IMG/VR virus record: IMGVR_UViG_3300041583_000345 | Coordinates: 32,001-96,000 of that record | Length of the DNA stretch: 64,000 bases | Strand: one strand, 5' to 3' | From: a virus | In this document: positions 35,461 through 44,377 of the stretch, piece by piece | Position numbering within the stretch: position 1 is the stretch's first letter | How the letters are laid out: each line of letters begins with the position of its first letter | Program-made: the position numbers and the translations under genes | The notes under the pieces: generated by a model | Seen by the model: only the letters and a program-made list of their open reading frames with translations | Told to the model about the DNA's origin: nothing | Databases searched by the model: none

Positions 35461-38340
35461 TTAAAAACCTAAAGCATTTTTTTGAACAAAATTATTAGTA
35501 GTCTCTCCAACTTCATCCCAGATTATTTTAGAAGGGTCACCTATCCCATTACCTTTGGAAATTTTCATATGTAAATGGTCTAACATTCTAGTTGATTGAT
35601 AAGATTCCGATACTGATCCCATTCTTCCTATAACAGTGGATGCTTGTATTACGGTTTTTCCATTAAATCTTTGTTCACCGGCAAATTTTGTTACATACCC
35701 AAGTGTCATAATAATGCCCTTATATTCCCCGGTTCCGGTGATTTCAAAGCGTCCTATGGTTGTTGTATCTATTTTCTGTCCTTTTGAATATGGTGCGTTC
35801 CAGGTGATTGTTCCCGGGAATGGGCAGTAGACTAAATCTCCTTTTGTTACTAGTACATCCCAGGCTTTATGTAAGTAGTCTTCCCCTGTTTTCTTATTTT
35901 TTCTTGGACTTGTCCAAACTCCTTTTCCTTCGAGATCATTTCGGGTATCTAAATCTTTTTTACCTAATGGGTTTATATATTTAAGCTTAGGCATGGGGAC
36001 TGCAGCGTACCCTCCTAAGATTTTTACTGTAAAAGCTTCGTCTGAAAAGGCTGTTAGGTCTAACTCTTCCTTTGTTCCTGTCACGGTGGCGGTGGTAATC
36101 ATCTGAGTTTTTATATCCGTAACCCATCTTCCGCTTTTGATGCTATTTGAAACCCCTGTCACTAGAAAAGCAATTCTATCTTTGTACTTTTTAGGAATTA
36201 CTTCGTTAGGTACAAGAAAGGATTGTCCAATTTTAATTCCAGCGATTCCTTTTATCGTGAAGCTTAATTCAAAAGGTATAATACCTGCAGGATTAGTGTT
36301 TTGTTCTTTCGTTGTATATTCTACAAAGGAGGTTGTAAAGCTAGTATGGTGAGGAATTATAGCTTTAAGGGCATTAGTATCAAATATTAAAGCATTCAAG
36401 TTATTAAATTGATCGTTTGCGCGATGTAAATGCAAAACTAGTTGTTCACCATCTTTTACGTTTACTATAGTTGTTTTTTCAGGGATTCCCTCTGTTTTAA
36501 TTGGAGAGCCTATATTCTTAGTAACAAGGTGTCTATCCTGTATGCCCTTATTCCAGTTAAGAAGTGCGCCGGTGTCTGTGCCTAAATCTGTGGATCCGTA
36601 CTGTGCTGATATAGCCATCATTGTGGTAATATTACTACTCAACTTAGAGGTGAAAGATAAATTTTCTAACATAGAATTTAAACCTACTAGGTCTATACTT
36701 GACCCACTATTCTTAAGGGCGTCTCCTCCGGGAACTACTTTTCTATCCACTATATAATAAGTAAATTCATCTTCATCATAATGAAAATCAAACTCATTAA
36801 TCCCCCCCATTGTTTTTTGTATAGTAGCTAATAGTTCTTTAACAAATTTGAATACAGTTGATTGGGTTGGGTGGGGTGTTGTTATAGTCTCATCTAATAT
36901 CGATAGTATATGATCTATTCCCACGTATATATTAAGTATATCGTTTGAGAATTTACTTTCAACTTTACATTTAGATGCTACTGCATAATTATATTCTGTA
37001 TTCTGATCTCCTTTAGGTAATACTGCAATGGTAGGGTCTAAAGCGAAATGCTGAAAGTATGTTAAAAACTGGGTTTTTATTTTTTCTTCTTTATTTCCTG
37101 TGTAAAATTTAATAATATTTTCTCCCTCTTGGTCGGTAACCATATAAATTAAATTAACTAATTCTAAAAGGTGATGTAAGGGGATTAACTTTACCCTACT
37201 TTCACCGATTGATGTTCCTTTACTGTCAATACTATTCACATCAAATTCTATAAAGTCAAAAGCTTGTTTATTGTTTTCTAAATTACTTTTTATTTTATTA
37301 TAGTACGTAGGTACATATTTTGTAAGGGCTGCTGCTGCATCTGTCTTTTCCGTATAACTTTTTATAGTAATTAAGTATCGATGAAGGATACTTTTCTTAA
37401 TCTCCCCATCGTAGAAATCAGTAGGATCGTCGGGGAATTGTTCGGGGAATTCTACTAGCGGTTCAGACGGATTGTATTTAGGTACGGGGGAACTATCAGT
37501 ATAGACAATAGAGGGGTAAGTGTTTGACGGTGATCCGGTGTTGGGGGATATAATAGTTTGAATAGATTCTATTAACTCACCGGGAGATATTATATCTACA
37601 CTACAATTATATGTTCCATCTACGTTAAAACTCCAAGAAAAGTTTTTAATAAATCCAAACATTGCATCGTAATTATAGCTTGAATTTTTCTTAAGAGTCT
37701 GTATTTTAGATTGTATAACTGATTTGGATTGACCTGTAAAGTAGTCCGAAAATGAGGAGATTAGTGTACCTATCTCGTTACTGTTACTTACGTATATAGA
37801 ATGTCCCCATTCTAGTAGGATTGTATACCCTGGTCTTAGGTATATTTGCTCTAAATCATCTAACTGCTCTATAGAGTTAGCTTTAAACTCTACTTTTCCT
37901 TCTCTTAGTGTACCAAATTGATTTTTACTTGAAACAGTCATAGAAGTAATTCCTGGCATAGGTCGTGCTCCGTAGAGATTCGATTTTTTATATGCACCGG
38001 TAGAAGGATCAAAACCAGCCTGAAGTTCCTTGCCTTCGTATAACGTTCCACCTAAAAGTACATTGTTTTTAGCTAATTCTGAGCTATATTTTGGTACTTC
38101 TGTGGGTGAAATTACTTCCCCTGTTTTAATAACTTTGGGGATTTCTATGTTAATAGATGAGGAGAGTTTTACCCATCCGGTATTACTATTTAGGTATAGT
38201 ATATCATCTTTAGTCCTTGTATGTCTCTTACTAATAATATTTTTTCTAGCAGTAAGCTGGTTAATTACTCCTCGGTCTAGCGGTCCACCTATAATAGCAC
38301 TGTCTATATCAATATTTAGGGGATTAGATATTTTGCTCAT
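35461..38340 (-). CDS. baseplate hub-like protein with C-terminal M23-type peptidase domain
   Basis: Hub-like GIKIGQSF..P, WVTDIKT; C-terminal HKAWD...HLH zinc motifs; position after tape measure. Confidence 0.65.
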   Translation of the reverse strand: MSKISNPLNIDIDSAIIGGPLDRGVINQLTARKNIISKRHTRTKDDILYLNSNTGWVKLSSSINIEIPKVIKTGEVISPTEVPKYSSELAKNNVLLGGTLYEGKELQAGFDPSTGAYKKSNLYGARPMPGITSMTVSSKNQFGTLREGKVEFKANSIEQLDDLEQIYLRPGYTILLEWGHSIYVSNSNEIGTLISSFSDYFTGQSKSVIQSKIQTLKKNSSYNYDAMFGFIKNFSWSFNVDGTYNCSVDIISPGELIESIQTIISPNTGSPSNTYPSIVYTDSSPVPKYNPSEPLVEFPEQFPDDPTDFYDGEIKKSILHRYLITIKSYTEKTDAAAALTKYVPTYYNKIKSNLENNKQAFDFIEFDVNSIDSKGTSIGESRVKLIPLHHLLELVNLIYMVTDQEGENIIKFYTGNKEEKIKTQFLTYFQHFALDPTIAVLPKGDQNTEYNYAVASKCKVESKFSNDILNIYVGIDHILSILDETITTPHPTQSTVFKFVKELLATIQKTMGGINEFDFHYDEDEFTYYIVDRKVVPGGDALKNSGSSIDLVGLNSMLENLSFTSKLSSNITTMMAISAQYGSTDLGTDTGALLNWNKGIQDRHLVTKNIGSPIKTEGIPEKTTIVNVKDGEQLVLHLHRANDQFNNLNALIFDTNALKAIIPHHTSFTTSFVEYTTKEQNTNPAGIIPFELSFTIKGIAGIKIGQSFLVPNEVIPKKYKDRIAFLVTGVSNSIKSGRWVTDIKTQMITTATVTGTKEELDLTAFSDEAFTVKILGGYAAVPMPKLKYINPLGKKDLDTRNDLEGKGVWTSPRKNKKTGEDYLHKAWDVLVTKGDLVYCPFPGTITWNAPYSKGQKIDTTTIGRFEITGTGEYKGIIMTLGYVTKFAGEQRFNGKTVIQASTVIGRMGSVSESYQSTRMLDHLHMKISKGNGIGDPSKIIWDEVGETTNNFVQKNALGF

Positions 38341-38341
38341 T

Positions 38342-38644
38342 TTACCTTATTGTATTTTCTCTATTAAATAACTCAACTGCTTGTGATTTACTTGCAGGAA
38401 TTCTTAATTGTACCCCTGGCTGTACTATTAGGGAGGCTCTTTCTGAGTTATTAGCTGATGCTATTATCCACCACAGTGAAGCATCATTGTAGAACTGTAG
38501 GGATAATGTATCATATCTATCCTCTATAGTAGTTATAATATAGATATCATCTTCGGATACAGGAATAGCTGGGTATATAGTAGTTCTTTTATACTGTCTA
38601 CCTTCTTGAGTTTCTATATTATCTATATCTGTATATCTATTCAT
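38342..38644 (-). CDS. LysM/tail-X-like baseplate protein
   Basis: DRYDTLSLQFYNDASLWWIIASAN...QLRIP. Confidence 0.75.
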   Translation of the reverse strand: MNRYTDIDNIETQEGRQYKRTTIYPAIPVSEDDIYIITTIEDRYDTLSLQFYNDASLWWIIASANNSERASLIVQPGVQLRIPASKSQAVELFNRENTIR

Positions 38645-38656
38645 TTTATAACTTTA

Positions 38657-40132
38657 TTATGTTTTAGTTGCCTCTGGAACTTCTGTTCCACCGAATTTAG
38701 ATGTAGTCTTATCAAAAAATTTTGCTCCGTTGTTGAGTTTATTGTTGGAGGTAATATAATGATAAAGACCTGTCTGTGGGACAAATTCATGTATAGGTCT
38801 AAAATTAACCTGACAGTTTAATAACATAGGGAGTTCTTGTTGATGAAAATCTGCTTCATTCTCTCCTTCTTTTGCTTGCGGGGTATTCATAGCTATCTCC
38901 CATGGGTAGTTTTGGTCCCAAGAGTAGTTAACACTTTCTATAATCCCGTACTGTTTGTCTACATAATCCCCTACTGTCAACTTAGCAATTGTTCCTCTCA
39001 TATACCCCTGTTCAGTATATGTAGGAGCGGTTGCAGATGCTAAAGCTACTATTTTTTGATAAAGAGGTCGCATTTCATGTCTTGTATTTGCTGATATAGT
39101 AAACCCTACCGAAATAGTTCTATTAAAACCCTGGTAGGTAAAAAAGTCTTCTCCTCTACCGACGTAATTAAAACTGTTCCAATTTCCTGCATAATTATCA
39201 GTAAAGGAAGTTAAGTACGCTCTAAAGAATAGTACTTTTTCTACGTCTGGGGTGATTATATTAAATCTAAATTTAATTATATCCCTTCCTAATTCTGCTG
39301 TTGTAGCGGCTTTAAAATCGTCTTTATCTACTATACCTTTAATGTTAACTTTATCTATAGCTGCATTTTCAGAGGGGCTCCAGTATTCAGTACTGTTGGC
39401 CTTTGTGCGTTTAAAAGAATGATCACTTACACCTATTCTGGATTCTTTTCTTACTATATTTCCTACTCTGGGTTCTACGTCAATTCCTGCATATTTGTTT
39501 AATTTTACCCGTGCCTGTAGTTCTGATGTTCCTAATGCTGCTATTGCTGCTTGTTTAGAAAGTTTTACTGTTTCTTTTGGAGGGCTTACTTTTATACCAG
39601 TAGCCTTTTCAAGTCTATTAGCATATCCGTCTACCTCCTGATACTGTGTTTTTTCGCCTTTTAAACCAGAGTTTTCTAGTTTTGCGCCCCCTATTGTTCT
39701 TTCTAAGTATCCTTTATTTCCGGCGAATCCTTTTACAAAATGGGTACCGGTTCCGTTTAAAGGTACTTGGGCTAGGGTGGAACCTATAATTTTAACGCTA
39801 TTGAAAAGATTTGCTCCAACTGTAGCAAGTACACTTCCTACTCCTGTTCTATCAGTACCGTCGGGTTTTGGCTTTATTTCTACACTTGCTTTATTTAATA
39901 GGGTTTCATTTGCTATCCACTTAAGGCCTGGTTTTTGAGTAAGTAAAGTACCTATTCTCTTTAAATCATCAATACGTCTTGATACTTCGTTAGAGGAAGG
40001 TCCGTTTTCTCTTAGGCCAGTAGGAATCTTTTTAGTAACTATTGGAACATTGCCTATAGATGCTATTTCCCCAAACTTAAGTTTATTAAGTTGGGTTTGA
40101 GTTCCGTTAGCAAATGATTCTATTAAGGCCAT
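38657..40132 (-). CDS. baseplate / tube-initiator-like protein
   Basis: FRAYLTSFTDNY.GNW..NYVGRGE.FFTYQGFNRTIS; position downstream of TMP. Confidence 0.6.
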   Translation of the reverse strand: MALIESFANGTQTQLNKLKFGEIASIGNVPIVTKKIPTGLRENGPSSNEVSRRIDDLKRIGTLLTQKPGLKWIANETLLNKASVEIKPKPDGTDRTGVGSVLATVGANLFNSVKIIGSTLAQVPLNGTGTHFVKGFAGNKGYLERTIGGAKLENSGLKGEKTQYQEVDGYANRLEKATGIKVSPPKETVKLSKQAAIAALGTSELQARVKLNKYAGIDVEPRVGNIVRKESRIGVSDHSFKRTKANSTEYWSPSENAAIDKVNIKGIVDKDDFKAATTAELGRDIIKFRFNIITPDVEKVLFFRAYLTSFTDNYAGNWNSFNYVGRGEDFFTYQGFNRTISVGFTISANTRHEMRPLYQKIVALASATAPTYTEQGYMRGTIAKLTVGDYVDKQYGIIESVNYSWDQNYPWEIAMNTPQAKEGENEADFHQQELPMLLNCQVNFRPIHEFVPQTGLYHYITSNNKLNNGAKFFDKTTSKFGGTEVPEATKT

Positions 40133-40135
40133 GTA

Positions 40136-40315
40136 TTACCTAGGTAAGTTGTTTACGTATTTTTGTGGTGTTTTTCCGTCTAAATCCAAATCAGATTGAT
40201 CGGGAAATGAATCGGGGTTGTGTATTGGAGAAGATTTTAATGCTCCTGCTCTCAGGGGTGGTGCTTGACCTTTTAGCCCTAAGTTTGAATTTGGTAATGA
40301 ATCTAGTAATCCCAT
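40136..40315 (-). CDS. 59-aa hypothetical virion protein
   Basis: MGLLDSLPNSNLGLKGQAPP...LDLDGKTPQKYVNNLPR; own TATTTATA motif. Confidence 0.55.
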   Translation of the reverse strand: MGLLDSLPNSNLGLKGQAPPLRAGALKSSPIHNPDSFPDQSDLDLDGKTPQKYVNNLPR

Positions 40316-40340
40316 ATTAGTTTATTTTATTATAAATAGT

Positions 40341-42656
40341 TTAACTTAACTTATAGGATGATAGCACAAGGGCTTCTCCTACTTTATTTCCGTCCATATA
40401 AACATTTCCTCCTTTTTCTACTGCTGCAATAAGTTTCTCTAGTTTTGCAAGTATAGCGCTTTCTCCTTTTTGGTTACTACTGCTACCGTTAAGATTTGTT
40501 CCTGCTATTATACTATCCTGTTTGTTTAACTGTATAGATCCTTTTTGCCCGGATACTACTAGTCCTCCTTGGGGGTCTATAATACCGTCGTCTATCCTAT
40601 CGTCACTTACTGTAGTGGGGGTGCCTGATTCTTCCTCTTCCGAGCTAGAACCCATATTTTTTGATGTCATCACCCCAGCTGCAAGACCTGCACCGACGAC
40701 TGCTAAACCCCCTGCTATTGCGAAAGCGGCGGTACCTCCGGTTAAGGCTAGCGCGGTCACTACTGAACTAGCAGCTACTAGTGCCATGGTTACTGCAAGA
40801 GATGTTAAAATTCCAACTAGAAGAGGTAGGTTATCTATAAGGGAAGCAAATATATCTTTTGCTTTATCTAGTGCCCCATTAAACCTATCCTGCAGCTTAG
40901 CTCTCTCTAATGCTGCTTTAGCGTCTTTTTCGGATGCTGCTTGGTTTAGTATTCTATTTGCTCCTTCAATGTCGCCTGCTTTTGTTAATAGGTCAACTCT
41001 GTCTAGTAACTGTTTTTTTGTGTTTTCTCCTAAACTATTTAAGTTTTGTTGCTGTAATAAAACAGTAGCTAATTCATCAGCGGTCATGTTTACTGCTTTA
41101 GCTAAAGAATCTTGTGCAAGAATATTCATATCTTGGAAATCTTTTAAAGATCCAAAATTCTTAGCTAATTCTACGGCTGCTTCTGCTGATTTTCCTTGAA
41201 GAGCTAAGTATCTTGCTTTTTCAAGGTTTAATTCTTTACCTGTTAGTAATTCCGCTTCTAATTCGTTGGATATACTTGATTCAAAGTCCAACAAACCTTT
41301 GGAGGCTGCTGCTGCTTGTTCTAAGGTCAAACCTAATCGTCTAGCTTGTACTACCGCTGCTCCTATTAATACAGGGTTATTTTTATAGTTAGCAGCTAAT
41401 CTTCCGGATGTATTTGCTACTTCTTCGAGTATTTCCCTATTATCTAATGATACACCGTTTTGAAACTTTAAAGCTTGTGTCTGCTTAATAACACCCTTTA
41501 GGGTGTCATCCATTGAAATTTTTGATACTCTGGCTAATGTTCCAAGTTTTGCTCCGGCTTCTGCAGCAATTCCTACATATTTGGTTAATTTTACCTGTGC
41601 CTGTAGTTCTGATGTTTTAAATCCTGCTGTTACTCCTGCTTGTTTAGAAAGTGCTGTTTGTGCGTCTACAAGGCTTTGTGTGGTCTCTAGTATTCTCCCG
41701 CTACCTCTAGCTGCGTCCGAGAGTTCTTCTCTAAATGCTGCAGCCTCTTTATAGGATTTACCTTGAGATTTGGAAATTTCTGTTATCTGTGTATCTACTT
41801 TAAATGCTAAATTTAATATACCTTTAAAAGCGGTGGCTAAAAGTGCAAGCTGTCCCATTGGACTTGCAAACATTCGTGTTATACCCCCAACGATGGAGTT
41901 CATCCCTGCTGCGTTTGCTTCAGCTAAATTCTTTGTCTTTTTATATGCGGCTGCTGCAGCTTCTTCGGCTTCTTTAAATGCGGGGGCTAGTTTTCTAAGA
42001 CCTGGTATTGCTCCTATTATATCTGCCATTGCGGCAAATTTAGCTGTAGCTTTATTTATATCTTTCTGAAGTGCTAGACGTTCTCCAGCTTTGTTTATTA
42101 TTGCTTCTTCTATCGCTAACTTTTGAGTCGAGTATTTTAAAAGCTCGTATTCCTCCTCCGTTATAGCCTTACTTACTTTTAATTCGTCTAGTTTAGTTTT
42201 ATAAGCTTCCCCCTCCAAGCCAGATAGCTGATATTGATTTTTAAGTAAGTCTGTACTTGTCTCAAGTATACCTTTTTGAATTTCAAGAGAGGCTAGGTGT
42301 TTTATTAGTTGTTTCTCTGAAAGATTTACTAACCCATTTTCATCGTTTACTAGTTCCTGCGATATATTTCTAAATTCTTTTCTACTTTTAAGGGCGTTAT
42401 TGGTAAAGGATTCTGTTTTGGAAAGTTCCGCTAAATTTGCTCGTAGAATACTAGTAAGGTCTGCAAAGGTTTCATTTGAAAAAGCAGCAATATTAGATAA
42501 TTCTGTAACTTTTAAAGCCATAAGTCCTAATTGGACCTGTGCTGCTGTTACATTATTTTTTACGGCTTCAAAAGCAGCAACCATTGCTTCTACTTCTTTG
42601 GTAGATGCACCTAATTTATTAAGTTGCCCTACTATTTTTGCTAATTCCTTATCCAC
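40341..42656 (-). CDS. tape measure protein
   Basis: 771 aa helical Ala/Leu-rich protein after tail chaperones; GTG start. Confidence 0.75.
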   Translation of the reverse strand: MDKELAKIVGQLNKLGASTKEVEAMVAAFEAVKNNVTAAQVQLGLMALKVTELSNIAAFSNETFADLTSILRANLAELSKTESFTNNALKSRKEFRNISQELVNDENGLVNLSEKQLIKHLASLEIQKGILETSTDLLKNQYQLSGLEGEAYKTKLDELKVSKAITEEEYELLKYSTQKLAIEEAIINKAGERLALQKDINKATAKFAAMADIIGAIPGLRKLAPAFKEAEEAAAAAYKKTKNLAEANAAGMNSIVGGITRMFASPMGQLALLATAFKGILNLAFKVDTQITEISKSQGKSYKEAAAFREELSDAARGSGRILETTQSLVDAQTALSKQAGVTAGFKTSELQAQVKLTKYVGIAAEAGAKLGTLARVSKISMDDTLKGVIKQTQALKFQNGVSLDNREILEEVANTSGRLAANYKNNPVLIGAAVVQARRLGLTLEQAAAASKGLLDFESSISNELEAELLTGKELNLEKARYLALQGKSAEAAVELAKNFGSLKDFQDMNILAQDSLAKAVNMTADELATVLLQQQNLNSLGENTKKQLLDRVDLLTKAGDIEGANRILNQAASEKDAKAALERAKLQDRFNGALDKAKDIFASLIDNLPLLVGILTSLAVTMALVAASSVVTALALTGGTAAFAIAGGLAVVGAGLAAGVMTSKNMGSSSEEEESGTPTTVSDDRIDDGIIDPQGGLVVSGQKGSIQLNKQDSIIAGTNLNGSSSNQKGESAILAKLEKLIAAVEKGGNVYMDGNKVGEALVLSSYKLS

Positions 42657-42692
42657 TTAAAAGTTATTTATTATAAATAGTAAAGGCCTCTA

Positions 42693-42938
42693 TTATTTAG
42701 AAGCCTTTGTGCTGTATGCTGGTTTTATATTAGGTCGTGCGATAGCTGTCGATGGTTTAGTTGGTGGTTGTGTATCTTCATTCTGTTTATCGTACCATTC
42801 TTTTAATTTATTAAATGTAAACTTTCTTAACCATATTGGCATGTTGTATACATCTGCCCATGAATACCCTCCATTACCATGGAAGACTATATCATGTATT
42901 TGAGAATAGAACGATGTTCTATAGTTTTGCGTCAGGCC
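42693..42938 (-). CDS. tail assembly chaperone frameshift extension (GT-like)
   Basis: Open +1 frame GLTQNYRTSFYSQIHDIVFHGNGGYSWADVYNMPIWLRKF...; no own upstream start; joined at T7 run 42939-42945. Confidence 0.65.
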   Translation of the reverse strand, partial: GLTQNYRTSFYSQIHDIVFHGNGGYSWADVYNMPIWLRKFTFNKLKEWYDKQNEDTQPPTKPSTAIARPNIKPAYSTKASK

Positions 42939-43659
42939 AAAAAAAGTTTAGAGTAATCGGAAGATCGACGCCCTCCTCAACGCCGTCTACATAAACTATT
43001 AAGTCTATGTCTGGGTTTATTCTAGAGTATTCATCTCTAAGGGCTCTAGCATCAAGGGCTAATAGTCCGTTATCGACAAAGTCTCTAATGTCTTTTTTCT
43101 CTGTACTTCCGTTTACTGATAAAATTATATGCTTTAGTCGGGTGGTGCTTGTAGTCGAACTATCTTTATTAATTTTTTTCAGACCTTTCATTTCTCTTTC
43201 TATAGATGCTTCATCCGAATGAGTTAAAAGTTTAAATGTTACAACATTATCTGTGTTTGGTAGTTGAAATAAAAATTCATTCTTTCTTTCCTTATACAAG
43301 TCCTGGTTGATTTCTTTTTCTTTTATCTGGGATAAATCAATAGTTTCCTGTTTTCCTTTCACTGTGGTGGTATACTCTTTTCCATACGCAAGTATACGTG
43401 CTGCTATCATTATAGCATTTTTATCACCAGTTAGTAAATCTCCATAAACAATCCCTTCTGTTACGATAAGGGACTGTAACAGTTTATCTATTACTGTACC
43501 ATTTGTTATATAATTACCGTTGGTTAGTATATCTTCTTCCCTAGCGGTCATATACTTCATTTCAATCTTACCGGTGGCTAGTGGTGATCCTTCGGGGTAA
43601 AGTAACCCTTTTGAAGGCAAATCTACCGTTTCGGTAGGTAAATTAAATTTTGATTCCAT
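42919..43659 (-). CDS. tail/baseplate-hub assembly chaperone (gp26-like)
   Basis: LPSKGLLYP, YMTAREEDIL, DLLTGDKNAI..AARILAYG, ends NFFWPDAKL. Confidence 0.75.
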   Translation of the reverse strand: MESKFNLPTETVDLPSKGLLYPEGSPLATGKIEMKYMTAREEDILTNGNYITNGTVIDKLLQSLIVTEGIVYGDLLTGDKNAIMIAARILAYGKEYTTTVKGKQETIDLSQIKEKEINQDLYKERKNEFLFQLPNTDNVVTFKLLTHSDEASIEREMKGLKKINKDSSTTSTTRLKHIILSVNGSTEKKDIRDFVDNGLLALDARALRDEYSRINPDIDLIVYVDGVEEGVDLPITLNFFWPDAKL

Positions 43660-43765
43660 AAATTTTATTAGTTATAACTTGTCTATATATAAATATACGA
43701 AGAATATATTTCTAAAACAACAACTAGTTACTCTATTTTACAGCTTTTAGTTAACTATATTCCAT

Positions 43766-43800
43766 AAAAAAATGCCTATCTAATTTAATCTAAATAGGCA
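43766..43800 (-). terminator. intrinsic terminator after tail tube gene
   Basis: TGCCTAT...ATAGGCA followed by T-run. Confidence 0.55.
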
Positions 43801-43854
43801 CTATTTTATAAAAGTAGTAGTTTAATATACGTTCTTTAGTATTTCAACACAACA

Positions 43855-44340
43855 TTAATAATTTAGGATACAATAATCCATTGATACAGTAATTGCTAAA
43901 TCTACCACTGCATCTGAAGTCCAATCATATTGACCGAAATCTCCTGTTTGTAAGAATGCTCCTTTAATAATCCATTCTCCTACTATATCCCCTACTGGTC
44001 CTAAGATGTTAAGGGTAAGGTCTTTTTTGTAAAAGTCTGAATATCCAGCTCTACCTGTTACTGATTCGTAAGATAGACGTGCCCATTCCATTACCGACTG
44101 TGCTCCTGATGGAGTGATTGGGTCGTAAAGAGTCATTGACATATCTTGCCATTCTCTCTTTCCTCTAATTTTTCGGTAAGAGTTAATATGATCAAGTTTA
44201 ATCACGTTATCTGTAAATGATGGTGCTTTCACATTCTTTACTAAGAAAGAAGGTATTCCGTCCATGTACATTACAAATCTGTTTTGTACTTTAGGCTCGA
44301 AAGCTCTAAACATTATCTCATTGGGATCTAATACTGCCAT
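43855..44340 (-). CDS. tail tube protein (gp19-like)
   Basis: FEPKVQNRF, W..M...LYDPITPS, YKKDLTL, GPVGDIVGEW. Confidence 0.88.
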   Translation of the reverse strand: MAVLDPNEIMFRAFEPKVQNRFVMYMDGIPSFLVKNVKAPSFTDNVIKLDHINSYRKIRGKREWQDMSMTLYDPITPSGAQSVMEWARLSYESVTGRAGYSDFYKKDLTLNILGPVGDIVGEWIIKGAFLQTGDFGQYDWTSDAVVDLAITVSMDYCILNY

Positions 44341-44356
44341 GTTGTATTTGCTTTAT

Positions 44357-44364
44357 TATAAATA
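44357..44364 (-). promoter_or_regulatory. putative late promoter TATTTATA (representative)
   Basis: Found just upstream of many virion genes, e.g. 40331, 42672, 46128, 48137, 50118, 50841, 55101, 56210, 62361. Confidence 0.55.
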
Positions 44365-44377
44365 TCTTAAATTTTAA

